Source of the DNA: a virus
Virus record (IMG/VR): IMGVR_UViG_3300049019_000002
Location: 1-48,620 of that record
Strand: one strand, 5' to 3'
DNA: 48,620 nt
Part shown: positions 15,140 through 24,435 of the stretch, piece by piece
Layout: each line of letters opens with the position of its first letter
How positions within the stretch are numbered: position 1 is the first letter of the stretch
Made by a program: the position numbers and the translations under genes
Notes under the pieces: model-generated
What the model was told of the DNA's origin: nothing
The model's database searches: none
What the model saw: the letters and a program-made list of their open reading frames with translations, nothing else

Positions 15140-17638
15140 ATGGCAGTTAAGAAATTTCCTATATCATGGATTGGCGTTTATAGAGCCGACCGCAATAGTT
15201 ATGTAGGAGGGAGTAACATTAGGGTTGGTGGTTCTGCTGACTATCAATCCTTTATCGGTGTTCCCTCAGCAGTAAAAACAGCGATCACCACATCGAGGAC
15301 ATCACCTAAGTTACGCTTTGTCATGAACGTCACTGATGGTGCTGAGTTTGACTTCGGAGCTCACAAGGAGACATACAACAAAGCAAGTGGAACAATGCCT
15401 TGGTACAAATACATTGGGTTGCATCCTAATTATGGTACAGGATGGAGAACGACAGACCTGACAAGTGCTTTCATGGGAGAGTATCGAAGTGGAAAAGTAC
15501 AAGGTATTGTCATTTATGGTGCTCGAAGTAATTCTGGTCAAGCATACGGAAAGACAGGTAACTCCAATGAGGCATACTTTGAGGTAGAAGGAACATGGAA
15601 CACACCACCGTCAGCACCAAAGATTACAGCCCCTACAAGTACCACGGTAGCAAACACTAGTGTGCAAGTAAAGTGGAATGCATCTAGTGACCCAGAGAAG
15701 CCAGCCAGTCAGCTGACTTATCAAGTTCAAATCTACAATGGTTCTTCTTGGAGCTCCTCAAGTAATACTGGTGCAGGAGTAACGAGCTACTCTTACAACA
15801 CTTCTAAGATGGCTGAAACCTCAAGCGCTCAAGTAAGGGTAAGAGCATATGATGGTGAGGATTACTCTGGTTGGTCAACCTCTCCTAGGTTCTCGATTGT
15901 CAAGAACGTTGCACCTAGTAAGCCAACTCAAATGGTTCCTAACGGTGGTCGAACCGTTGACAGAACTGAGTCAATTCGCTTCACTTGGAAGCATAACGAT
16001 GATGGAGTACAAGCAGGGTTTAGAATTGCTTGGCGTACAGTTAGCCCCTCTGGAGAGGCTGGCTCATGGAACTATGTCAACGCATCAGGATACAGACAAA
16101 GCACCAACCAGTATTTTGACTTTGCACCAAACACGTTTCCTGCGGGCAAGATCGAATGGCGAGTCAGTACAATGGATCAAATGTCTCTTACATCTCCTTG
16201 GTCAGACATTCAAGTGTTCACGGCTGGTATACCGTCAAACGCTCCTATCATTTTAACACCAGAGCCTGACGAGATTGTGCCCACTGCAAACATTACAGTC
16301 ACTTGGTCGAGTATCAATCAAAGACGATATCAAATCCAGCTTTATGATGGAAGCACTCAGGTTTACAACAAGTCGGAGACAACCACAGTAAAGAACGCAC
16401 CTATTAGTTATAGCTTGGAAAATAACAAAACATATAGAGTTCGCCTCCGTATTGCTGATACTGAGTTTGATATCTGGAGTGATTGGACTGAGGTGTCTTT
16501 CCAGACGAATTTCACCCCGCCAGTTAAGCCCGATATATTTATTGAGACTGACGAAGAAGGAAATATGATCATTGTATCATGGACAAACGATCCACCAGTT
16601 ACCAGCGACCCAATTCACGGGGTTCCTACAAATGGTATCGTACAAAACATTCAATTTGCTCCAAATACAACATACTATCAAAACCAATTTGATCCAGGAG
16701 AGATTCGCGTAATTTATGGTACAGACGCTAAGGTTGTTGCACCTTCTGGAATTATCTACTCATTCGACCCAAGAACGGTGCAAGTCAGTACAAGCCTTGA
16801 AGGTACATCATCGGGTAGTACCATTGATGAAGCATACCTCATGTTTACAGGTGCTGATACTTCTAGATTCTCTAGCTCTGTTGCTGTTGAATCTTTCGAT
16901 TTTCGTGTTGTAAAGTTTGAAGACGATCAGTGGTTTTATAATGATAACACTCTAATCTGGAAACCATTTGACCTATACAGCGATGATTTTATCATAGGAA
17001 CCGTTAAAAGGACTTCTACGGACATAGAGGGAATTGAGGAGTTAAACATCACAGGAGACGTTACAACGCCAGTGACAAGCACTGTGGAGCTCTACAGAAG
17101 ACGCTACAATAGTTCGATAGAAGGAGACTGGACACTTATCTACACGGGTAATCCTAACTCTTCTTACACGGACTATACTCCTGCATCGGGTGTTACTTAC
17201 GAGTATTATGTCAGAGCTTGGGGAGATAACCAGTCTTTCTCTGACTCAGATATTACAGAGGGTGAAGTCGAATTTATTCATGCCTTTCTCCATAGAGCGT
17301 TAGTCCAAAGTGATTTCACTGTATTTAGACACTCTGATGACCGTTCAGAATCAAGAGGTAGAACAGGAAGGTTCATGAGCTTCTCTGGAAGAGAAAAGCC
17401 AATATACGAATATGGATTCAACACTGACAAAGTTGTGAAAGTCTCTTGGGATGTTGACACTAATGACGAATACCGTAACACAATCGAGTTCCTTGACAGA
17501 AAAGAAACATTCTTGTACAGGGATGCAGTCGGTAGGAGAATGTTCTGTATCATAGATGGAAACATCGAAGTGACTGACCAAATTTTATCAGGCTGTACTT
17601 TTTCAATCAGCTTACGTGAGGTAGACTTCGAGGAGTGA
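15140..17638 (+). CDS. distal tail protein with several fibronectin-III-like repeats
   Basis: Repeated modules of the type P-S-x-P...V.W...YQ(V/I)Q(I/L)Y(N/D)G. The C-terminal region resembles a siphovirus tail component. It follows the tape measure gene. Confidence 0.6.
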   Translation: MAVKKFPISWIGVYRADRNSYVGGSNIRVGGSADYQSFIGVPSAVKTAITTSRTSPKLRFVMNVTDGAEFDFGAHKETYNKASGTMPWYKYIGLHPNYGTGWRTTDLTSAFMGEYRSGKVQGIVIYGARSNSGQAYGKTGNSNEAYFEVEGTWNTPPSAPKITAPTSTTVANTSVQVKWNASSDPEKPASQLTYQVQIYNGSSWSSSSNTGAGVTSYSYNTSKMAETSSAQVRVRAYDGEDYSGWSTSPRFSIVKNVAPSKPTQMVPNGGRTVDRTESIRFTWKHNDDGVQAGFRIAWRTVSPSGEAGSWNYVNASGYRQSTNQYFDFAPNTFPAGKIEWRVSTMDQMSLTSPWSDIQVFTAGIPSNAPIILTPEPDEIVPTANITVTWSSINQRRYQIQLYDGSTQVYNKSETTTVKNAPISYSLENNKTYRVRLRIADTEFDIWSDWTEVSFQTNFTPPVKPDIFIETDEEGNMIIVSWTNDPPVTSDPIHGVPTNGIVQNIQFAPNTTYYQNQFDPGEIRVIYGTDAKVVAPSGIIYSFDPRTVQVSTSLEGTSSGSTIDEAYLMFTGADTSRFSSSVAVESFDFRVVKFEDDQWFYNDNTLIWKPFDLYSDDFIIGTVKRTSTDIEGIEELNITGDVTTPVTSTVELYRRRYNSSIEGDWTLIYTGNPNSSYTDYTPASGVTYEYYVRAWGDNQSFSDSDITEGEVEFIHAFLHRALVQSDFTVFRHSDDRSESRGRTGRFMSFSGREKPIYEYGFNTDKVVKVSWDVDTNDEYRNTIEFLDRKETFLYRDAVGRRMFCIIDGNIEVTDQILSGCTFSISLREVDFEE

Positions 17639-17644
17639 TGAACT

Positions 17645-17944
17645 ATGCAAGACATAGCAAGAAATGGTTATACAGAATCAGAAATCAAAAAGATGTTACA
17701 CGGGGCGTATGGTAATAGAGCTGTACGCTTCCGTTATGATGTAATCAATGCAGATGATCAAAAAAAGGATGAACTCACAAGGGTTGTATCTGGAAGTGTC
17801 AGTATGAGCGCTTTCTCAACAATCAAACGAACTGCAAAGTTCACTCTCCAAGATGAGGGGATGGTCGTTCGTGATAAGCAAAGACCAGCTATCTGGGATG
17901 ACTACATAGAGAAAACATGGGATCAATTAGAGGAGGGCATTTAA
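17645..17944 (+). CDS. tail protein N-terminal fragment (Tal / Gp37-like N-terminus)
   Basis: 99 aa. It ends in TAA, and the next in-frame codon is the ATG of the following gene. Confidence 0.5.
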   Translation: MQDIARNGYTESEIKKMLHGAYGNRAVRFRYDVINADDQKKDELTRVVSGSVSMSAFSTIKRTAKFTLQDEGMVVRDKQRPAIWDDYIEKTWDQLEEGI

Positions 17945-19618
17945 ATGGGTAACGCTACAAGATCGACAAATCTGGGTTTATACAGTTGGGAGTCACAAGA
18001 CAGGCTTTCCGAGTCTATCCCTCAGATTAGCTCAAACTTTGAAGCATTAGATGAGATTCTTAGCCGAGCATGGATCGACATTAAGTCATACGGCTATGGG
18101 GCAAAAGGTAATTACAACTTAAGTACAGGAAGTGGAACAGATGACGCTCCAGCATTCCAAAAAGCTTTAGATGTCGCTCAAAACAAAACAAGTAGCGTAA
18201 CCATATTTGTTCCTGACGGCACGTACAGATTAGGAAGTGAATTGAGGGTTTATGGGAACACGGCAATTATCATGAGCCCGAATGCCACCCTAGTGAGAGA
18301 CCATCCAAAGTATCTCCTATTCAACGGAGTAAGGGCGACAGATGGAGGATCAGCTGTCAGCGGATACAACGGAGATGGTAACCTCTTGATCAAAGGAGGA
18401 ACACTCACAGGGCAAGGAAACAAGCAGACAGCCAAAGCCAGTATTGTTCACTTTGGTCACGCTCAAAACATCACCTTTGATAATGTAACTCTCAAGGATT
18501 GTTCTAACTCGCATCACATTGAGTTCAACGCTTGTAAGGATGTATACGTCAAGAATTGTAACTTTCTTGGCTGGTTCGGGGATGCTGATACATACAATGA
18601 AGCTATCCAGTTAGACTTAGCGACTCCAGAGCTAACTACAGTAGCAGGAGGAGACTACACCCCTTGTAAAAATGTCTACATTGATAGTACATACTTTGGT
18701 AAGTCAACTACAGCAGGATCAAAACCAATTGGTCGAGGAATCGGGTCTCACTCTGGGGCGATTAATAGATTCCATGAAAACGTTCATGTTACCAACTGTA
18801 CATTTGATAGTACTGTAGAGTGGGCTTGTCGTGCTTATGCTTATAGAGACTTCTTCTTTACAAACAATAACATTATCAACTGTGGTCGTGGTGTAAACGT
18901 GAGATCGAATATCTCAACAGATGACAAAGACACAATAGACGCTAACACAGGGCAACAGACAGGGAAATCTCAAAACATCAATCGCTTTGTCATCTCGAAT
19001 AACTCGTTTACTGGAACCATGAACAATGGTCGAGCTATTGAGATTTACGGTGAAGCAACTGGCAGAATCTATATGACTACCATCACAGGGAACATCATCA
19101 ATTTATCATCTTTTTCGGGGTCAGGAAACGAGGTTATTTATCTAAACTATGTCAGATATGCAACTGTTTCAGGAAACAATGTCGGTGGTGCAAATGTAGG
19201 TACTTGTATAGGTCTTAATGGAGACACTACGGAAGTATCAATTGCAAACAACATTTGTGCTTTTGGTGATCGAGGTATTGCTGTGTATGGTGCTAACGTT
19301 ACTATGCAAAATATTAGCATCTTAGGAAATACACTTAGAGGTATGCAAAAAAGTGGCATACACCTTGATAGTATTGACGGTTTCGCCTGCTCTGGAAATA
19401 CTATATTCGATTGCAATAAGGCAGGCGGAGATGAAAACCATATCAGGGTTGTTGTCGGTAACAAAAATGGTACAATCAGTGGAAACCTGTGTACAGTTGC
19501 TTGCCCTACCAGTATTTATGTTTCAAACACCAACAGCCGTATAAACGTGGTTGGAAACGTACTATCTGGAGGCATGACCAATAATTCTGCTGGTGGAGCA
19601 ACGACAGGAAATATCTAA
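17945..19618 (+). CDS. right-handed beta-helix (pectate-lyase fold) tailspike / depolymerase-like protein
   Basis: Motif YGAKGNY...GTDDAPAFQKALDVA...IFVPDGTYRL and repeated N-x-x-I/V beta-helix rungs. Its own RBS, GAGGAGGG, lies 7 nt upstream. Confidence 0.7.
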   Translation: MGNATRSTNLGLYSWESQDRLSESIPQISSNFEALDEILSRAWIDIKSYGYGAKGNYNLSTGSGTDDAPAFQKALDVAQNKTSSVTIFVPDGTYRLGSELRVYGNTAIIMSPNATLVRDHPKYLLFNGVRATDGGSAVSGYNGDGNLLIKGGTLTGQGNKQTAKASIVHFGHAQNITFDNVTLKDCSNSHHIEFNACKDVYVKNCNFLGWFGDADTYNEAIQLDLATPELTTVAGGDYTPCKNVYIDSTYFGKSTTAGSKPIGRGIGSHSGAINRFHENVHVTNCTFDSTVEWACRAYAYRDFFFTNNNIINCGRGVNVRSNISTDDKDTIDANTGQQTGKSQNINRFVISNNSFTGTMNNGRAIEIYGEATGRIYMTTITGNIINLSSFSGSGNEVIYLNYVRYATVSGNNVGGANVGTCIGLNGDTTEVSIANNICAFGDRGIAVYGANVTMQNISILGNTLRGMQKSGIHLDSIDGFACSGNTIFDCNKAGGDENHIRVVVGNKNGTISGNLCTVACPTSIYVSNTNSRINVVGNVLSGGMTNNSAGGATTGNI

Positions 19619-19632
19619 TAGGAGGTATGACC

Positions 19633-20583
19633 ATGGCAACACTTGAGGACTACATGATTTTCACCGAGACAGTTGTCGAAAACAAGATTGACTGGCTCGT
19701 TGATAAAATTCAACCTTGGGTCATATTTCAGATGCCAGACGGGGGAGAGATCGAGTTCCCCCTCGGTATCTTCTACCTGAGTACGCCAACAAGAAATGAC
19801 CAAAACGGTAACATTTACCGAGAGGTGGAAGCTTATGATGGTCTAATAGTTCTTGACCAAGATAAGTTCCTTGACCGTTACACAATCAAAAAGGGAACCA
19901 CTTATGAGAAGGCTGTTAGGGATATTCTTAGAAGCGCTGGTATTACAAAGATCAATATAGAGTTTACTGGAAACCTTACCCTTTCAAACGATAAGGAGTT
20001 TGATCTCGGTACAAGCAAGTTATCAGCAGTAAATGAGCTTTTGGATATGACCAACAATACCCCTTTGTGGGTGGATGCTTACGGGTACTACATCACAACT
20101 CCTTATCGTCCTCCAAGTAGCAAAACATTCGATTACACTTACGATGACAGGGAGCTGTCAATCATCATGGAGGATGTCGAGGAAGAATTTGATATCTATG
20201 ATGTAGCAAACACATGGGTAATCACAGCCAGCAACCCAGAGTCGCCCCCTCTGGTAGCAAAACGAGTTAACAACAGCCCTGACAGTCCGACCTCGACAAT
20301 CAACCGAAGACGAACCATTGTTGACTTTAGGGAAATCGAGGATATCAGCTCACAAGCCGCACTCGATGGCATGGCTGATCGTATTGCTTTTGAGGCATCT
20401 CAGGTTTATGGAAAAGTCAAGTTTGAAACTCCTATCATGCCATTCCATGAGTATTATGATTCAATCAAGTTTGTTTATACTCCTCTGGGGATTGACGCTG
20501 TCTTCTCTGAATCGAATTGGGAGATAACTCTTGAGGCAGGAGCAACAATGAAGCATGAAGCTAGAAGGGTGATAGACATATGA
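19633..20583 (+). CDS. tail protein C-terminal fragment (Tal / Gp37-like continuation)
   Basis: GGAGG at 19621-19625 is well spaced for the ATG at 19633 and too close to 19627. The sequence ...IDWLVDKIQPW...PLGIFYLSTP...EAYDG is typical of this tail family as I recall it. Confidence 0.5.
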   Translation: MATLEDYMIFTETVVENKIDWLVDKIQPWVIFQMPDGGEIEFPLGIFYLSTPTRNDQNGNIYREVEAYDGLIVLDQDKFLDRYTIKKGTTYEKAVRDILRSAGITKINIEFTGNLTLSNDKEFDLGTSKLSAVNELLDMTNNTPLWVDAYGYYITTPYRPPSSKTFDYTYDDRELSIIMEDVEEEFDIYDVANTWVITASNPESPPLVAKRVNNSPDSPTSTINRRRTIVDFREIEDISSQAALDGMADRIAFEASQVYGKVKFETPIMPFHEYYDSIKFVYTPLGIDAVFSESNWEITLEAGATMKHEARRVIDI

Positions 20584-20831
20584 TGAACAGTCAAGATTTT
20601 GTGAGTATTGTCAATGAGCTTATTGAAAAGAACCAACCCAAGGGGGCTTACAAGATTGGGAGAATACCTGATAACTATTCTAGTGGTGAGCCAGCCATCA
20701 TATTTGACGGAGAGAGCTCACCTTCTGGTAAGACTTACAAGAGACTAGGAAGTTACAATCCTGTAGCTGGTGACCGTGTTTTACTCGCAAGGGTGGCAAA
20801 CACTTATGTGGTGCTTGGTTCAATTAAATAA
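20580..20831 (+). CDS. small tail-associated protein (83 aa)
   Basis: ATGA-coupled to the preceding tail gene. It is the last gene before the lysis cassette. Confidence 0.45.
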   Translation: MMNSQDFVSIVNELIEKNQPKGAYKIGRIPDNYSSGEPAIIFDGESSPSGKTYKRLGSYNPVAGDRVLLARVANTYVVLGSIK

Positions 20832-20845
20832 AGGTGGGTAGCATT

Positions 20846-21262
20846 ATGGATTTAAATACGCTGATGAGTATAGCCAGCAAAGAAACTGTGTTCGCTATAC
20901 TTTTCGTGATCCTCGGTGCAGTTGTCGTTCAGTGGGTGAAAGCCTTTATCGACCAACAGAGGGAGCACTCTCAAGAGAGAGAGCAGTATATAATGGAGAT
21001 GCACAAAAAGCAACTCGAAGAACTCAAAGAACAAGCTATGCACCAGAGGAATGACAACAGAGAATTGCTGGTCGAACAGCGACAAAGTTTTGATCGAAGG
21101 GAAAAGGATTTACTCGAACACCTCAAGCAGAATACCCACCAACTAGAAAACATTTCCGAAACCCTTAAAGATATGAAATCCGACATCGTAGGTCTGGAGG
21201 ACAATCTACAAACGATCTGGACAGAGCTAGAAAGAAAGGCAGACCGAGAAAGAATAAATTAG
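20846..21262 (+). CDS. BhlA/UviB-like holin-type protein (N-terminal TM + coiled coil)
   Basis: ATG at 20846 follows AAGGTGGG. One TM segment (VFAILFVILGAVVVQWV) is followed by a charged coiled coil. It is adjacent to the endolysin gene. Confidence 0.5.
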   Translation: MDLNTLMSIASKETVFAILFVILGAVVVQWVKAFIDQQREHSQEREQYIMEMHKKQLEELKEQAMHQRNDNRELLVEQRQSFDRREKDLLEHLKQNTHQLENISETLKDMKSDIVGLEDNLQTIWTELERKADRERIN

Positions 21263-21273
21263 GAGGAGATAAC

Positions 21274-22173
21274 ATGAAGAAAGTCACGCTTGATGCTGGG
21301 CACGGTGGTAAAGACCCTGGAGCAGTTGGTAACGGTCTAAAGGAAAAGGATTTAACCCTTGAGATCGCCAAGCAAACGAAGTCATACCTTGAGAGTAATT
21401 ACTCTGGTGTAAGTGTTCAGCTCACTCGAAGCACTGACAAGTTTTTAGAGCTTCCTGAACGTGCCGCCATTGCTAATAAGAATAAGTCAGACCTGTTTGT
21501 CTCTATCCATATTAACTCAGCAGGTGGCACAAACGGTACAGGCTTTGAGACATTAACTTACAATAAGTTGTCTGCAAAGTCACCAACAAAGAATGACCAA
21601 AAGGTTTTGCACGCCTCAATTCTTAACGAGATCGCCTCCTTTGGGGTGGCAAACCGTAAGGAAAAAGCTGATGACCTATCCGTCTTACGGAACACTTCAA
21701 TGAGTGCTATCCTCACGGAGTCACTCTTCATCAACAACCCAGCTGATGCCAAGCTGTTAAAAGACCAATCATTCATTAAAGCTGTTTCAGCAGGTCACGC
21801 CAAAGGTATTGCTAAGGTGTTAGGTCTCAAAGCAAAGAAACCCCCTGAGAGTCCATCTAAGGCTCCTTCTAAGCCTTCTACTCCAAAGGGTGATACTTAC
21901 AAGGTTCAAAAGGGAGACACCCTCTACGGGATCGCTAGACAGCATGGCATGAGTGTGGATGACCTCAAAAAGCTCAACGGGCTCAAGAGTGACATCATCC
22001 GTGTTGGACAAACACTAAAAGTAAAACAATCCAGCGTCACTTACAAGGTAAAGAAAGGTGATACCCTGTACGGGATCGCTAAGGATCACGGCACGACAGT
22101 AGCGAACATCAAGAAGTTGAACAATCTTAAATCTGATCTGATCAACATTGGAGATACGCTGAGAGTAAAATAA
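21274..22173 (+). CDS. endolysin: N-acetylmuramoyl-L-alanine amidase (Amidase_3) with two LysM repeats
   Basis: LDAGHGGKDPGA...SIHINS amidase motifs. Two copies of TYKV.KGDTLYGIA..HG....(L/I)KKLN.LKSD.I..G.TL.V. Confidence 0.9.
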   Translation: MKKVTLDAGHGGKDPGAVGNGLKEKDLTLEIAKQTKSYLESNYSGVSVQLTRSTDKFLELPERAAIANKNKSDLFVSIHINSAGGTNGTGFETLTYNKLSAKSPTKNDQKVLHASILNEIASFGVANRKEKADDLSVLRNTSMSAILTESLFINNPADAKLLKDQSFIKAVSAGHAKGIAKVLGLKAKKPPESPSKAPSKPSTPKGDTYKVQKGDTLYGIARQHGMSVDDLKKLNGLKSDIIRVGQTLKVKQSSVTYKVKKGDTLYGIAKDHGTTVANIKKLNNLKSDLINIGDTLRVK

Positions 22174-22257
22174 GCTCTCGGCTCCTCATATATTCGTAAG
22201 TCCTCCTTACTTGGAGGCTGACCAAAATACGCTAGAAAGGGCGAAAAGGTGATAATA

Positions 22258-22467
22258 ATGAAAAAAGACTGGTGGAAATCCAAGAAGTTAGGTACAGCGT
22301 TTGGTGCTCTTGTATTCGTGATCTTGACAGAAGTCCTCGCTATTCCCATTGATGAGCAAACGTTTTGGGCTCTAGTAACTGTCCTCTCCAGTTACATCCT
22401 CGGTCAGGGTGCTGTAGATGCTGTGAAGGAGAAAAAGAAAGACGAGCCAGAAGAACCAACAGAGTAA
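22258..22467 (+). CDS. holin (two TM segments, charged C-terminus)
   Basis: MKKDWWKSKK, two hydrophobic helices, then KEKKKDEPEEPTE. An alternative GTG start lies at 22249. Confidence 0.6.
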   Translation: MKKDWWKSKKLGTAFGALVFVILTEVLAIPIDEQTFWALVTVLSSYILGQGAVDAVKEKKKDEPEEPTE

Positions 22468-22474
22468 AACTAAG

Positions 22475-22507
22475 AAGGTGCATCCTCATGGGTGTGCCTT
22501 TTTTTTT
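22475..22507 (+). terminator. rho-independent terminator ending the late/lysis operon
   Basis: 11-bp stem AAGGUGCAUCC/GGGUGUGCCUU with a 4-nt loop and a T9 run. Confidence 0.8.
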
Positions 22508-22510
22508 ATG

Positions 22511-22539
22511 TTGCAATTGTGTTACAAAACTGTTAATAT
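22511..22539 (+). promoter_or_regulatory. early promoter PE1 (TTGCAA-17-TAATAT, TGn extended)
   Basis: Hexamers at 22511-22516 and 22534-22539. Confidence 0.65.
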
Positions 22540-22582
22540 ACCATTATACATAAGGCGGGGGAAAAATATGCTAAGTTTTTTC

Positions 22583-22611
22583 TTGCCAAGGTGTCACAAA
22601 GGTGTTACTCT
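22583..22611 (+). promoter_or_regulatory. early promoter PE2 (TTGCCA-17-TACTCT)
   Basis: Hexamers at 22583-22588 and 22606-22611. The spacer is about 80 percent identical to the PE1 spacer. GGTAATACC follows. Confidence 0.45.
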
Positions 22612-22644
22612 GGTAATACCCTATAACAAAGGAGATGAACAATT

Positions 22645-23016
22645 ATGGAATTTAAAAAGGGTAATAGCTTCAAGAAGCTGAAAACGGTCAAGGATTTTCA
22701 AACAGGTGAGGTTGAGGAAAACTTCAAAAAGGTAACTGACGAGGCAATCAATCAGTATGCTGAGGAAGTTGAGCAAGCCATTGAGGCAGAAATGGTCAGG
22801 ATCGCCAGAGAGTACGGCTACGAGGTTCCTGACGAGATGAGTCTTGAAGACACCATGAGACTGCAAGAGGAAATGAACAAGGATGGCTTCGAGATTGTTC
22901 TGGAGCAGGAAACCAAAAACGATCCAGAAAAAGAAAAGTACGTCTACTCAGTCACCCTCTCAGTAAAACAGATTCACACAGTAATCGACTTTGATGTTGA
23001 GATGGAAGAAGAATAA
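22645..23016 (+). CDS. highly acidic first-early protein (123 aa)
   Basis: RBS AAAGGAG. Hand count gives about 33 D/E versus 16 K/R. The unit is monocistronic, between a promoter pair and a hairpin. Confidence 0.7.
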   Translation: MEFKKGNSFKKLKTVKDFQTGEVEENFKKVTDEAINQYAEEVEQAIEAEMVRIAREYGYEVPDEMSLEDTMRLQEEMNKDGFEIVLEQETKNDPEKEKYVYSVTLSVKQIHTVIDFDVEMEEE

Positions 23017-23020
23017 ACCC

Positions 23021-23043
23021 CGCCTGTGATTCACAGGTGTTTT
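23021..23043 (+). terminator. weak terminator hairpin
   Basis: CCTGTGA-T-TCACAGG palindrome followed by a short T-run. Confidence 0.4.
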
Positions 23044-23096
23044 CACTAGCAAGGATTATGACTCTAGTAATAACTAAAAAAAATGATAGAAAAGTA

Positions 23097-23126
23097 TTGA
23101 CACATGATAGACTAGTATGTTACTAT
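23097..23126 (+). promoter_or_regulatory. promoter of the replication operon (TTGACA-18-TACTAT, TGn extended)
   Basis: Hexamers at 23097-23102 and 23121-23126. Downstream inverted repeat TACCG-AGGTCATACCA-CGGTA at 23134-23154. Confidence 0.65.
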
Positions 23127-23182
23127 CAAGTAGTACCGAGGTCATACCACGGTAAAACAACTCTCGAAAGGATGATTCATTA

Positions 23183-24076
23183 ATGACTAACGCATGGGGA
23201 AACGTAAACTTTGAGGACGACAACAACGGAGGTTCACGCCGAGATACTCCTCCATTCATGGACATCAAGCTAGGAGACAATAAGCTAAGAATCTTGGATG
23301 CGGCTCCTCACACTTATAGTGAATGGTATGCCGTAAAGGGTAACGGTGGAAAAGGTTGCGGGATTCCAGCTTTCAAAGAAGGCGATCTCTTAGAACAGGC
23401 AAACAAAGACTTCATGGCTGAAAAGTTTAAAGAAGCAGACGCAAAAGGATTGACAGAAGCGAACGGAAAGAAAAAGCAACGGTCTGAGTTCTTGAAAACA
23501 GAAGGTTATGCCAAACAGCCATTTGGACGAAGAAAGGATAAAGCCATCATCCATGTTCTTGACAGATCAGACGGCAAGGTAAAGCTATTGGATCGTACAG
23601 GCGGAATCTTCAAGCAGATTCAAGACCTCGCTCTTAACCCTGAATATGGTGACCCAAGAGAGTACGACATCACCATCACCAAGACAGATGAAAAAGGTAA
23701 AGGAAACTTCCAAGACATCAAATATAAAGTTGTGGCGGCACGTTCAAACACTCCTTTGACAGATGCAGAGAAGGCGGCTTATGAGAGTGCTAAGGTTGAC
23801 CTTGTTGAGCTTAAAACTCCAAATTATACACCAGAACAAGCCCTATTGATTGCTAACGGTAAGACCTTCTCAGAAGTCCTCGGTAATGGTTCTGAGACTC
23901 CACAGGATGTCACAGCAGGTTCAAACCCTAATTACTTACCACAAGACGAAAAAGACTCACAGGTTGAGCCAGCTCCAGAGGTAAAAGAGGAGAAAGCACC
24001 ACGCCAAGACGAACAAGCAGACATCGGAGAGGAACTGTCTCTAGAAGAAATTGACGCTATGTTCGATCAGGAGTAA
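23183..24076 (+). CDS. putative single-stranded DNA-binding protein
   Basis: First gene of the replication operon. Its acidic C-terminal tail ...EELSLEEIDAMFDQE is typical of SSBs. No family motif is verifiable by eye. Confidence 0.45.
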   Translation: MTNAWGNVNFEDDNNGGSRRDTPPFMDIKLGDNKLRILDAAPHTYSEWYAVKGNGGKGCGIPAFKEGDLLEQANKDFMAEKFKEADAKGLTEANGKKKQRSEFLKTEGYAKQPFGRRKDKAIIHVLDRSDGKVKLLDRTGGIFKQIQDLALNPEYGDPREYDITITKTDEKGKGNFQDIKYKVVAARSNTPLTDAEKAAYESAKVDLVELKTPNYTPEQALLIANGKTFSEVLGNGSETPQDVTAGSNPNYLPQDEKDSQVEPAPEVKEEKAPRQDEQADIGEELSLEEIDAMFDQE

Positions 24077-24081
24077 GCAAT

Positions 24082-24435
24082 ATGAAAGAGGTAGTAAGAC
24101 TAAGGGAGCACTACAAAAATACTGTTAACGTTTGTCACCTTCAAGATGATGACATTGATAATTGCCTGTGGATGCTCACAAAGTCAGGGCTTACCTACGA
24201 GATGATCTACTTTGGGATAAACTATCTAGGGTTTTCTAACATGGAAGCCCTAGAGGAAAGCCCTGAGCAGGTAGGAGCTAACTGGCAATACATCAAAGCA
24301 TACTTTGACTTAGCGAAAATAAAGAGGGGTCAAGCTCAGAAGGATGGTGTAAGTTATGACCCACAAAACAAACCTCAAAGAAGAGATTCACCGTCATGGT
24401 TCAGAGAGGGCATTGATCAGCATTATTTTAAGTGA
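24082..24435 (+). CDS. hypothetical protein (117 aa), overlaps the helicase start by 80 nt
   Basis: AGGAG RBS, in the replication module. Confidence 0.55.
   Translation: MKEVVRLREHYKNTVNVCHLQDDDIDNCLWMLTKSGLTYEMIYFGINYLGFSNMEALEESPEQVGANWQYIKAYFDLAKIKRGQAQKDGVSYDPQNKPQRRDSPSWFREGIDQHYFK

Noticed and set aside
22365-22681. ORFs 22365..22553 and 22478..22681 in the late/early boundary.
   Set aside because: They span the terminator hairpin, the T9 run and two promoters. They lack RBS and are Cys/Leu-rich translations of regulatory DNA.
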